Assembly (NCBI GenBank): GCA_040954595.2
Contig: CM082585.2
Location: 12,404,127-12,468,126, forward strand
Direction of reading: 5' to 3'
DNA length: 64,000 bases
From: Balanoglossus misakiensis
Lineage: Eukaryota > Animalia > Hemichordata
A program made the position numbers and the translations under genes. Shown piece after piece: positions 23,801-37,140 of the stretch; position 1 is the stretch's first letter, and every line of letters begins with the position of its first letter. The notes beneath the pieces were generated by a model. The model was not told where the DNA came from, ran no database searches, and saw nothing but the letters and a program-made list of their open reading frames with translations.

Positions 23801-26800
23801 TAAGTCGTCATCACTATGTCGGAGACAAGTCGAGGACCGGCCGTCAGTGAATCAGAATCGGATATCCCAACTAACATGCAGTCCTACAAGTTCACTCACC
23901 AAATTTCTGCCAACCCTGTGGCCTTGTATGACCACAAAGATATTGACCCAGCCTTAGTAGCTTTAATTCTGATTTTTCAAAGGTAGGTAAAAAGGGGGGT
24001 TTTATGCTAAATTTCCATTAGCTTCATCCTGGTGATTGTCAGGGGGCCTAGTCAGTCAAGTCTTCTTGCGACATCTGCTCTGTGTCGTTTTTGCTGCTGC
24101 TAGTTATTGTCCAGCTGATGTCATTGTCCATGTCTTCATGTCCTGGCCAAATTACCAAAGACAATCGTCATATTAGTAAGTAAAATACAATTTGCTTCTT
24201 AACAGTATGTATAAATGACATTTGATTAGTTTGGCACAGTGCAATTTCCAACTTAATCTTAATGCTTCCAAGTTTACATATGAATAAGATGTTTTCATGT
24301 TGACTTTATCATAGTCAGGACATGTTTTTGTCTTTCCTAACGCGAGAAATATAATACATGTATGATGATAATGATGCCACACTTAATTTTCTTGTTCAAC
24401 TGTCAGAACGATTGAGATTTCTCTCTAACGAATACATGTAATCTGTGATCAGGATTCTATGCCATTGTCTAGACACAGACATCATTTACAATGTAAATGT
24501 CAGATAATCAATTGAAAACAGAATATAAATCGCAGTGTATCTAATCGCCATTACTGAAGCTTTTAATGACCTGATCAGTTTCTAATCCAGACTGAGGTTT
24601 TGCTCTTATAGTTTGGGAAAACAGTTTTGACACCAAGTGTGTGTGGGTATACATGTATAAGACTATAACATAAGTACAAAATGTATGTGTGTGTGTCACT
24701 GTGTGTGTGTGCATATGTTGAGTGGTAGAGTTTAGTCCATAGTTGATAGGCTGTTGTGTCATTGGCATGTTTGCCCTTATCCTCTGCTGATCAGATGAAG
24801 TGGGTGGGACAAGCTTCCTACCTGGCAGCACATATTGCATGACACCTGCAGAATTCAGTGTTGTGTGAGTGAGTGCAAAGTTCGCACTTCCTGCCAACCT
24901 GAGGCTACAGACAATGTGTTTCCATAGGAAAGTGGTGAGAATGTAGATACTGTGTTTTTGATATATGATGGAGAGTATTCAGATAAGAGAGATATGTTGC
25001 ACAGTGAGTTGCTGGAACTGCACTCCTGGTCTGGTAACAGTTTGAAAATTTAACCAATAATATGCTCATTGTCAGTATCTACACAGAAATGATACATTAC
25101 ATGTAACAGTGATTCAACCAATAACATAGGAGGAAATGGACAAGGTGTATTACAAAATTAGATACAGTCTCCTTAACTCCACATACTTACTCTCTATGAC
25201 GTCTACAGTTTTTATCAGCACAACCCTGGGGCCGTACACAATTTTATGCATGTATTTTTTTCCATAAGAATTCAAAGTGTTGTCATGCATGTAAAACTGT
25301 CCCATGAGATATTTCAAGTGATCTCATGCATACGAAAATTAATGGTTAATGTTTGCTGCGAGGTCTGCCTCATAAAGTATGCCATGATATGTCTCTGCGC
25401 TCGTGCTGTTTATCGTTTTATCTTGCTCTAAATTCTCCATCAAGACTTCTGGCTAGACAAGGAAGACACATAACACTCGGTAGCGAAACTCTTTCACAGC
25501 AAAGTCACCTTCATAAATCTCTCTGGGGGATCATTTCCTGTTACTTATATAGTCTTCCTTTCCAATGGCTATGTCAGTTTGAATTCTGCTACATTAGTAT
25601 GGACGGTGATTGATCATGTTTTTGAGCATTGTTTGGTGACCCTAGTCACTGGAGGGACTGTGATTGAACACAGTTGGAGTCATACATATATTCCAAGACA
25701 ATAATATTCAACTTCAATCAATATGGATTTTTGATCATTAATTAAGCTGTCCCTCATTACACGGTCTGAACATCCCTTATGAAAAGCCCATAATGGACTA
25801 GTCTTATTACTAATGTTAAGCCACACCCAATGAACTGTTCATGAGCATTGTAAGGGTAATTATTATTCATGCAATGTATATATTCATGAGGCTTTTCTGG
25901 AATTTTCCACATGATATAGTATGTTTCAAATAGAAGGTGTCCTACACTGATGGTGTGTGTTTGGTAATAAATACGGACAAAATAATCTGGATTGAACCAA
26001 TTCAAGGGTCATCCCAGAGTCAGCCCGTGTGAGATTATCTGTCCGTACACAAACGTCACTCTTGTGTTGATGGGAAAACTAACCATAGTGCGACCAGGAG
26101 GAAGAAAATCGTCTCTCAAAAATGAGAGGAAGCAGACGGACTGCCTTAACAGAAAGTGTGGAAAGAATAATGTTGATTCTACACTAGAGAAAATATTAAG
26201 TCTCGATCTGTCTGACCTTCTTTGCAGTGCGTCTGGTGCCAGTGTTGGAGCCATTGATAATAAAATTGAGCAGGCCATGGTGAGTAAATATCTTAGCATT
26301 ACTATATTCTCCACCTATCACTTTCTGTTTTGACTGCCGTAGCATGAAGCCGTAAACAGTCTCTCTTAGTATATGCACGTACATGAAATTGAACCATGCA
26401 TGAATTTGTGTTTAATCTTTTTTGCTTTTGTCTTGCATACATTTATGATTATGATTGATCCTAATCAACTCCTATTTCATATCAAAATTGATATTTTATT
26501 TACTATAAGTGCCTCCATTACTACTTGACCCATGATGTCACCCTGAACTCTACTCCACCCATCAAAATATTTTTCCTGGTCGTGTCACTGCCACCAACTC
26601 CTCCCATTGATAGTAACAGTACCTGCGTCTGATCTCCTAGGATACACTAATTACTAATAGAACAACTCATGTGGTAAATGGTGTTTGTATACCCCCATTC
26701 ATTACAGGTAAAGGTCACTGGCCAGGCATTCAGAGCCCCTTTGATGTCATTCCATTCTTTCAGGTCAATGATGCCTTGATGATGTTTACGTGTTCAATGC

Positions 26801-27280
26801 AGGTTGATTGGAAAGTCAAGGATGGGCTTGCTTATTATGAGGAAGGGGTGCGCAGGTTCTGTTCTTTCATGATACACATACCTTTTCACCAATACGACTG
26901 AATTTCTCTTCGATTTCAATCTTGTTCTCCAGGATTTGGTGAAAAGTCACTTGATGTATGCAGTCAGAGAGGAGGTCGAGGTTCTCAAAGAGCAGATCAA
27001 GGAACTGATAGAAAGAAACTCTCAATTAGAGAAGGAAAACAGCTCTCTAAGACAACAACAACAACAGCAAGCACAAGTGCAACAACAAGCACAACAACAA
27101 GCAGCAGCAGCAGCAGCAGTAGCATCTGCTGCAGCACCACCACAAACAGTGCAGCAGCCACAGCAAGTGCCGCAATCACAGCAACAACCAGGCCAACCAC
27201 AGATGCAATCTCCCCCCAACCAATCCACTCCAACTGAGCCAACTGCAGCTCAGGCAGTGATGACACAGTCGCAATCGTAG
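17809..27280 (+). CDS. TSC22D: TSC22-domain protein (bunched/TSC22D), long isoform; exons 17809-18719, 26228-26279, 26933-27280
   Basis: Long-isoform motif 1 ([11 protein letters not shown]...[13 protein letters not shown]) and motif 2 ([23 protein letters not shown]); TSC box [42 protein letters not shown] followed by a leucine zipper and a Q/P-rich tail. Confidence 0.95.
23816..23982 (+). CDS. TSC22D: Alternative first coding exon of the TSC22 gene (short, TSC22D3/GILZ-isoform-like)
   Basis: Open ATG-initiated frame MSETSRG...[16 protein letters not shown] ending AG|GTAGGT in phase 2, the same phase as the long-isoform exon, so it joins exon 26228 in frame. Confidence 0.75.
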
Positions 27281-28401
27281 CATTGACTCTCTTATGTAGT
27301 TAGATATTAGAGGATAGGTTGGTAGTTTAGCTGGTTGACAAAGAATTCATGGAAGAGTATCAGATTGATTGTAAATGAATGTAAAAATTTCAACAAGAAA
27401 AATCGCAAAAAGTGGGTTTAAACTAAAGATGTGGAACCAAAGTATCGGATATGATTATTTGAAAAGTAATGATTTTCCAAATTCATTATTTTCCCTTGTG
27501 TCTGAGAATTGTCCATTTCCCTGATTATGACTATTGATTTCTGATTTTAACTAAGCCAATGCCATCGGGCTGGACACCAGACTGAAACCTTTCATCCCCA
27601 TTTGCTATTACATAGATCCAACCACGCCAGTGAAAACAACAGGGTTGGACCAAGTTTTGGTGTTGAAAGAGTTAGATAACTGAACACAATTTATACTCTT
27701 CTATGAATTCTCAGCTAGGTTGGTGTACAGCAAGGAAAACCAAGATTGAGATGATGCAGTTGTTGAAGCTAGAAAATTTACTGCATCTCAGACTTTATCA
27801 CTTATTTTTGCTAAGCATTCCCGTTTTTTCAGTGATATTAAAAAGAGAAATTGCAAGTGCCCTGAGATAAATATGAAATAACAGGCATTTGAGGTTTTTT
27901 TTATTTACAAAGATTTGGAATGTTTAAATGGGTTCTTGTATTGTTTAAATGAACGCCAGTTTTAGGGCTCACTGAGTTTAGATGTACATATATATTGTGT
28001 AGTTTTCTCCTTAAAATATTGTTAAAATTATTTTACTTAATGTGAGTAATTTCATACTACTTTAGACTATGTTCACAAATACTGAGGAAGCAATTATTTT
28101 TTGAAGTGCTATTTTTCAGCTTTCTTGTTTGAAGAAATGCTTTAACATATTTGATGTTTGTATGTAAATTGCTCCCAATACCTAATATCTGGACAATCAA
28201 GATTTCATTCATTTTAACACAGTATGGCTAAAGGATTATGTTCATAGCCGAGCATGGTTAATTAAAAAGCAAGTGGGCAAATGCAAATACTGCATTAGTG
28301 CAAAATAAAGGAAAGCATCAATCTTTGGAAAAAATCACAAAAATGTTTTTGTAAGAAAAATAGTTATGTGGACTTTTTCAAAAGTAATCAAGGTCTCCTA
28401 T

Positions 28402-28466
28402 TAGCCTCTCTAGAGGGCGCCATGTATGGCCTTCGGGCCACTACATGGCGCCCTCTAGAGAGGCTA
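28402..28466. mobile_element. 65-bp TA-flanked GC-rich hairpin in the probable TSC22 3' UTR
   Basis: TAGCCTCTCTAGAGGGCGCCATGTA-TGGCC-TTCG-GGCCA-C-TACATGGCGCCCTCTAGAGAGGCTA: near-perfect 30-bp stem with a single bulge. Confidence 0.7.
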
Positions 28467-31400
28467 GCCCAATCTCTTGTGTTTGTGAATACAGTCATAA
28501 GACCATGGAGTGTTTTCCCCAGATTATTTGGAGCATAAAGATTGAAGCATGCCCTTTGTAATGTCATGATGTAAGAAAGTGTTTCATTGAATGTGTTGCA
28601 TGGTTACCGAGAGCTGCCATAAAGGTTGAGTAACCCCTGGAAAGACACAGTTCATCATAGCAGATCAGCTTTTTGCTTACCTAGCAACTGGGGTGTCTGT
28701 AAAATAAAAGTGCATTATTGCGACAAGTATAATGAACACATTAGATATCTCAGCTCTTGTCATGAAGACCAATTTTTCTATGCTATTCAATCTTTGACTG
28801 CGAAATGTGAAAGGGGAAAATGCCAGCAGTCCATGGTTCACCAGTGACAACACATCACCATGCTATACATGAAAGCAATAAGCCTCTCTATTTGCAAATT
28901 TTACAACCAGTATTTTTGATTTGTGCAACAATTTGAAATGTGATTTATTCTGCAAGAAGAGAATTTTATCTTTGCACTTGCTGGATGATGTTGGTATCAA
29001 CATAAGAAGACAAATTCCGCCAAATATTTGAAAATCAAGTGCATTGCTCTCACTATATGGAGATTTGACATTTATGCTGCCATACTACTGATAATGTGTC
29101 TTGAAAAGATACACAACAGTTGTGAATTACGGAGATTTACAAATGCCATCTTAAGTGTTTGCAAACCAGCATTTCAGTGAAAACAACTTTACAGAAACAA
29201 ATCTTTTCAAGTTTAGTAATAAGTATAGAGATCATTAACAGCCATGACAGGCTAACTGTAACATCAACGTTTGAGAAAACATGTCAGAATAGAAAAGCTG
29301 CCAGTTAACTTGTAAGGTTGAATCCAAGTATCATCACATCTCGACACTGTCACAGTTAGTTTGTCAAGCCATCCCTTTCAATTGAGTGTACTAGGTTTAT
29401 AGTCGATAGATGTTTGTCCAAATCTGACTTGACTCTTTAACCCACACGGATTTCTTGCAAACACGAGCCAGTAAAATACCTAGCATTGTCTGTAACTCTG
29501 TTGTAAATATGAAACAATATTTGATATTTAAAGAATAACAACTGTACATGTAGATGATAGTCAAGTCTTCAACTCCAATTTGAAGTGTTTCTTTCGTTTT
29601 ATCACAGTTGTGTAACTGTGATTGTAGCTGTAGGAGTAACAAGAATTTTTTTTTTCTTGCAATAAGAATGATGAAAAAGTTTTATTACAAAATAAATAGT
29701 AATGCTACATTGTAATCATCTAGATTAAATTGACTAAGACTTCAACTTAACAGTACATATATTATGATAGACCAGAGGAATTTACCTGAATTTGTAAAAC
29801 AAATGGTGCTAGTTATATATTTTGTTCTTTATTGGTTGTGGGGCCTATACTCATTTTAATACATGTATGCATAACATTAGTTTGTAGTTTTGGAGTGTTG
29901 TCTTTGGTTGAAAAAGTTTTTTCAGATTTCCATAACAACAATTTCCAAAGTGTAACTTAGCAATCATGGAGTATGCACAAAGCCAAAGCATTTATCCTTT
30001 TATGTGTGTGTACCTGTCCATGGCTCCACACTCAGTCATTTGTACATGTACATGTCAACTGACCATGTGTGTGTCTCCAGTTGCAAATGAAATCCTTTGT
30101 GTTCCCTTTATATAGTGGCCACTGATAGCACATTTATCCTTGGCACAGCTTGTTGCTGGCAACCACATGATTGCCACTTTCAGAATTTAGTGTCGTTATC
30201 ATTGTCAACAGCAGTGTCCAAGCAGAAAGAATTTCCAAGTAACATTAAGACATTTTCAAAGAGACAACCAAAACATTAAATTATACATTAGTAACTGTAG
30301 TATGTATAGAGTAATTAAACCAACTTTCTGATTCTGAATTGTTTCCCCAATGTCAAAGCTGGTAGAGTTGGATTCGCCAAGAATATGAATAATATTTGAC
30401 TTTGAAAACCTGAGTTGTATTTTACTTAAAGTATGGGTTGATTGTTTGAAGAAAAATTATCCTCGATAGAACATGTGAAGTCTGCCCTTTAATTAATGAA
30501 TTAGTCATGGTCTGCCATGCTCTACAATGAGTGAAATATATTTGGAAATGTAGTTGCCCTTCTTTCTGGACAGTGAACAGAGTTACAATGTGTAAAAACA
30601 AATGAAGGAAAGTTGTAAATAGAAGTAGTTGTATGAAGTGTACATTGTAATGGTAGACCCGAGTAGAAAATGCACAATAACAACACTAGTGTTAGCCTAA
30701 AAGTTCACTTGCAGTATGGCCATCTTATAATTGTCTATTAAAGACTGATGATTTCCAACCCATACTTGTACTGCAAAACATCATGATTGTACATTGTCAG
30801 AACTTTGTTGCAAGTTAAATATTTCATTGGTTTTATTATTTGATGTATTATCCAAAGGTGATGATAATCTTTGTGTGTTTTCTGAATCAGAAAAAAAGCT
30901 GCTTGTAATGCGGGATGTGATGTTTTCAAAACACGATCTGTTGTCAGGAAAGGAAAAAAATGAAATGTTCTATTTTAAAAAAGCTGTAGATAAGATGTTG
31001 TGAGCAGTTTTGAATATTAATGAAAAATAAAAGCAAAAAATGCCTGCCGGGCTTGAGATTGCCTTGAAAACAAACATCACTGATCGTGTGTGTGTCAATT
31101 CTTGGAGAAAGAAGTTTTCAAAGTTGACTAAAGAGGGCGATGTCATGCAGGGCCAGCAACTTGTGGATAAAGACTGATACCACAGATTCTTGGGTATTTG
31201 TGGAAAGTTCTGATTTTATTAATAATCTTTTGTTCTGTACAATGAAATATATATCTTATTTGCGCAAGAACTCAAACAGAAAGGGGGAAATATAACTGGT
31301 ACACTGTTGAAACAACTGTAGTTTTGGTCAAAGTACAGAACACATCTGGGTAAAAGATGCCGATTAAGTCATCAGTGCACCATTCTGTAATTTTTGCAGT

Positions 31401-31517
31401 GAGACATCATAGATCCTCAGCGTCATCCTCTGTAGGGGTTAGCCTCAATACAGTGGTCTGGGTCAAAGTGAATCAAGTCCGGCTGTTTTCTCTGGCAGAT
31501 GGTCAGGTGTGAGGTTC

Positions 31518-32464
<947 letters not shown>

Positions 32465-33094
32465 GATTATAACGTACAGGAAATTAAAACACCAAAATTT
32501 TCTGGGGAAATCTGAAGCAATATGCTACAAGCGATCTACCACTCGTCAGGCTGTTCACAGAAAGAGTTCAGGAAGCGTTCAGCTGCGCACGCATCTTTAA
32601 ACCTTTAATATCAATGCGCGGTAACCCCTGTAATATATTGAAACTAATATTAATTGAAGTAAAACCCTGATTATTTACCAACCCAAGGATTCTGAAGAAG
32701 AAAAACTAGCAAAACTTCTGAATTTTTTGCATCATTCTCTCAGAATAAAATAAGAAACTACATCCTTTGTGCGGATGTATAATTCTAAGCAGTTGTACAA
32801 CAACGGGGAAGCCTACGTGGCTCATTACATCATTAATAGAATCGTCATGGAATCACATCTTGTGACAATAACAGAGTTCGAAAACTTCTCTTCCATTAAT
32901 TAAAACTAGTCACACATTTTATTTTGTGCAATATTTGACTTTTCCATGAGGCCATTCATAACCATTTAACAGAATCAAAGAACATTAGTAACCCGACAAC
33001 GGCCAATGCTCCCCTGGATAAAATAGTTTAGTCCAATGGCTTCGTATACGCCAAATCGAGGCTTGGAGAATTGCGGAAAATTTGTCTTGTGAAA

Positions 33095-36000
33095 ATGGCG
33101 CACATAACATTAAATCAGTATTTACAACAGGTTTGTGGTCAAATTTACAAATCTAGTGTACTCCAGCGTCTATAGATGTATATCCGATAAATGTTGTTTA
33201 ATTGGGAGACAGTTGCGGTCTGTTGGTGAAATGAACATCGATATAATATCTCTCCCGACGAAATCGTGCACATGAGCACGGATCATAGTGACCTATTATT
33301 ATCATAACAAACTGAATGGAGCTGGTTTGTTGATGATACAATAGAGCCATAAAAACACATTTTGTCGTTGTTAGTTTTTGGGGGTTGCGAATGACGGAGA
33401 ATTCAAATATATTATGCATCGTTAAACATTATGCATCTTGCTTGCAATGAATCGCAGCACACAGTTTGACCGTGTATGCCTTTGGTACTACTGCCTGGCC
33501 ATGAGGGCCATAGCGGCCGTTTATTACACCCGAGGGGCTGTGAGTTACCAGAAACATATGCTATTTGCCGAGGCCGCAGGCCTCGGGAAATAGCATATGA
33601 TTCTGGTAACTCACAATCACGAGGGGGTAAAAACGGCTGCTATGGCCCGAATATAGGCCAGGCTATAGGTGTTTTATAATAAACCTCATGCTAACAGCTG
33701 GGAAAATTGCAATTCTCTCTTGAGGCTGGCAGACGACATCTTCAGCGGTGGCCATTGTGTCAGACGACGCGACGCTGATTGACGTGACCACGTTGGTAAC
33801 GTGACCGGTTTATATTTTCTCTGCTATTTCCCTAGTGGTTCATAGTCGATTCTATTTTCCTATCACGTGACGGATTCTGGCGAATCACGGCACAGTATTA
33901 GCATGAGGTGTATTATAATACAGGATATAAGAATAAGGGTAAAAGTTATTCAAGAGGATCTGGTTCACTTAGTGGACACGACTATACCCCATGGGCGATA
34001 CCATGGTTTTTTAGGGTTAGGGTTAGGAGGGTTAGGGTTAAACTCACCCTCACATTGCCACCCCTAACCCTAACCCTAACTCACCCTCATTGCCATGGTA
34101 TCGCTCATGGGGTATAGTCGTGTCCACTAAGTGAACCAGATCCTTTCAAGTTTATGTACTTTGCTTTCCCAGGTTGAAGGAGCATTGAGTGGGAAAGATG
34201 GAGAAACAGTAGCGGTAAGAATGGTATTTCTGATATCTAAATGTACAATTCATGTATATAAAAAACAAACAGAGAAACAGCCGTGGCTTGTAATGATGTG
34301 ACCACTGTTTATTTTCCAGTATGTACCCATATCATTTCATTTCCAATATAGCAGAACTTGTTGATAGATCACTATGGTATCGACATCATGACATCTAGAG
34401 CTGAATCATGCAACACATTTGTTTTGTATGGCAGAAGCTACTTTCATTCCGACACCCTCACATTACAAATCCTAGACTGAAATTTGAACACCCTGAACCC
34501 CAATGTGAACACTGGTTTGAACAACCCTATGATGAAATGGTGGCTGCTCATCTCAAGTAAGTGATGGTGATTGTTACTTACACTTCAAATGACAGACATA
34601 TTATGAAAAGGCAAGCCAGGGGAATTGAATGATATGTTCAGTGAAAAAGAGTTCATACATCAGGAAATGTGTTATAATATGTGTAACTTTTTAACCTGCT
34701 CTTGTTTTTGTTTATATTTCAGGGGTATTTGGTATGTTTCAAACCAGGATTTTGTGGAAGCGTATGCATGTGAGAAAATAGCTGTACAGTATCCTTTAAG
34801 TGTTGACATTGATTGCCATAAGACGTCTTCCTTGAGAGATTTTAAGTTTGTGAAGTAGAGCATTTCATTATGGTATGTTCCTTCTAAAAGTGGACTGTGA
34901 CAACATCAACAGGGAATTGTTCGATATTTTCCTTAGCAGAAAAATCACAGAGCCTTTCTGAGAGCATTTCAAAGTATCAAAGATGAAAACTGGTAAGTTT
35001 TATAGTTAATTAATCTGATGTTTAATGTAAAACATAGTTTTAAAATGGCTTGAAAATGTGCAGCAAATTATTTTCATATTTAGAGGATGAGTCAATGGTT
35101 ATTTCTGATTTATCTCACCAGGGGTTTGACTCTGATGTTTTCATTAGTCGTGGACCTAAGACTAATTGCCAATAGTGTAAGTATTGAAAATATTTACGCT
35201 TATTGAGGTTTCCCTCAAGATTCCTATCTGAAATTACTGTAATCATGGTCACTCCACAAATAATGATCATCTACCAGCAAAGATACATTTACTAACCCTT
35301 TCACCACCATGGTTTGGTCCAAGTCCATTGTTTTCTATGGTAAAGTTGGACCTCGAAAAGGGGAAACGAGGGTGAAAGGGTTAAAAGATTGAAGTAAAAT
35401 ATGTGTAATTCTACTCATTTCAGGCAGATTCACAGTTGGCAAAGAAAGGGCGAGGACGGCCGGGAGAGACTTTAGAAAAAGCAGCAGAATTACTTATGTC
35501 ATGCTTCCGAGTATGCGCCAGTGATACGTAAGTAAAATATGTAGTTGTTTTGCAGTTACATTGCAAACTGTTCATTGCTGCCTACACATCAGTTACACAG
35601 TAAATATACCCTGACTGTTTTTATGCTTTTCCAGGAGGGCAGCGTTAGAAGATTCCAAAAAGTGGGGGATGTTGTACCTGGTCAATCAACTTTTCAAAAT
35701 TTACTTCAAGGTATTATTCAACTTTAGTAGTTGTGGTGGTGGTGGTTGTAGTACCGCCTGGTAGTACAAGTTTAGAACTCGGAGCAACATCCAAATCGCC
35801 AAGGGGAATGAAAATGAATGAATGAGAAAGTTATGTGAAAGTTTGAATCTTGTCTTGGTTTTTTTCTCTGCAGATCAACAAATTACATCTGTGTAAGCCA
35901 TTGATTCGGGCAATAGAAAGTTCAAACCTGAAAGAGCAGTTTCCAGTTTCACAGAGAGTAACATACAAGTACTATGTGGGTCGGAAAGCCATGTTTGATA

Positions 36001-37140
36001 GTGATTTCAAAAGTGGTAAGTTTTCCCATTTGTTGCCTTCAGTCCTTGGAAATGTCAATGATGACATGCAATGCTTGTAATGTGTCTGCTTCAGATTCAT
36101 ATTTGTGTGATTCCCTTCTTTCTGCAGCTGAGGAGTACCTGTCATTTGCATTCACTCACTGCCACAGATCCAGTAGAAGAAACAAGAGGATGATTCTGAT
36201 TTATCTCCTGCCTGTCAAAATGCTTCTGGTAGGTGGACATTCATCTAGCTCTGTTTTGTTCCAAACAGCATTAAACTCTACTGAAATCTACAACAGAAAT
36301 AGTAGATATGTTTTCTAACATATACTTATTATTTCAATCCTTTGTTCTGTGTAGGGACAGATGCCAACTGCTGCGCTACTTCAGAAATATGATCTGATGC
36401 AGTTTTCCGATGTCGCCAATGCAGTTAAGAAGGGCAATCTTTTATTATTTAATGAAGCATTGGACAAACATGAAGAATTCTTCATCAAATGTGGTGTTTA
36501 CCTCATTCTGGAGAAACTGAAGATTATAACTTATAGAAGTTTGTTCAAGAAAGTGTAAGTTTTTGACATATTTGGTTCTGACTGAGTCAGCTGCAGTTCA
36601 TTTGCTTTGTACTCGACATAAACAGATATTTGCAAAATAATCCCATCTTACATTTTTTATTGGTTCCAGCTCAATAATAATGAAAACCCATCAATTGCCT
36701 GTGAGTGCTTTTGAAGTGGCGTTGAAATTTATGCAAATGGAGGACATCGACTCTGATGAAGTACAATGTATTCTGGCAAATTTGATTTACATGGTAAGAC
36801 ATGAAAATACTTAGTATTGTTGTTTCTCTATACAGCTTGGTGTGATTTGTCACACACACACACACCCCATGGTGTGATTTGTCACACACACACACCCCCC
36901 ATCCCCCCCGCCCCCGCTTTGAGTAATTGTTGCACGAGTGAGCTAGACTTGTGATAAGAGTTTCACAAGTGTATTGACTGTAGATTTGTTTTTGTTTTTT
37001 TGGAAATATGATCAAATGTTTTTGTTTTGTTTTGTTACCAGGGATACATACGTGGTTACATATCTCATCAACACAAGAAGGTTGTTATCAGTAAACAGAA
37101 TGCCTTTCCTCCGCCACAGACAATTGCTATCAACACGTGA
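33095..37140 (+). CDS. PCID2: PCI domain-containing protein 2 (TREX-2 / CSN12-like subunit); about 13 exons
   Basis: [13 protein letters not shown] start; [112 protein letters not shown]; TGA at 37138-37140. Confidence 0.95.
33494..33918. mobile_element. Unclassified palindromic interspersed element in PCID2 intron 1 (about 170-bp hairpin followed by a second inverted-repeat pair)
   Basis: 33494-33662 is an imperfect hairpin centred on CCGAGGCCGCAGGCCTCGG; TTATAATAAACCTCATGCTAA (33674-33694) pairs with TTAGCATGAGGTGTATTATAA (33898-33918) with one mismatch. Confidence 0.65.
33955..34144. mobile_element. 190-bp non-autonomous DNA transposon (MITE) with 52-bp TIRs, 6-bp TSD and internal telomeric repeats
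   Basis: TIRs 33955-34006 and 34093-34144 are 51/52 identical; flanked by the direct repeat TTCAAG (33949-33954, 34145-34150); the interior has TTAGGG units followed by CCCTAA units. Confidence 0.9.
34789..34950 (+). other. U12-type (minor spliceosome) GT-AG intron in PCID2
   Basis: 5' site GTATCCTTT; branch-like TTTTCCTTAGC at 34927-34937, 13 nt before the 3' end; no polypyrimidine tract; splicing restores ...IAVQ/AFLRAFQ. Confidence 0.88.
35292..35384. mobile_element. piggyBac-like MITE, copy 1 (PCID2 intron)
   Basis: (C)TAA-CCCTTTCACC ... GGTGAAAGGG-TTAA termini; homologous in reverse orientation to 46780-46872. Confidence 0.75.
36838..36900. repeat. Short tandem duplication containing (CA)n in the last PCID2 intron
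   Basis: TGGTGTGATTTGTCACACACACACAC(A)CCCC occurs twice in tandem. Confidence 0.8.

Noticed and set aside
26997-27266. Cys-rich, metallothionein-like ORF on the minus strand
   Set aside because: It is the antisense reading of the CAG/CAA/GCA-rich TSC22 last exon.
28402-28466. 3' UTR hairpin as a SECIS element recoding the TGA at 21479
   Set aside because: It lacks the AUGA/GA quartet and apical AA motif; it is a near-perfect palindrome of MITE type.
34007-34092. Head-to-head TTAGGG/CCCTAA as a chromosome fusion scar
   Set aside because: Only a few units are present, enclosed by TIRs and a TSD inside an intact gene, so they belong to an insertion.
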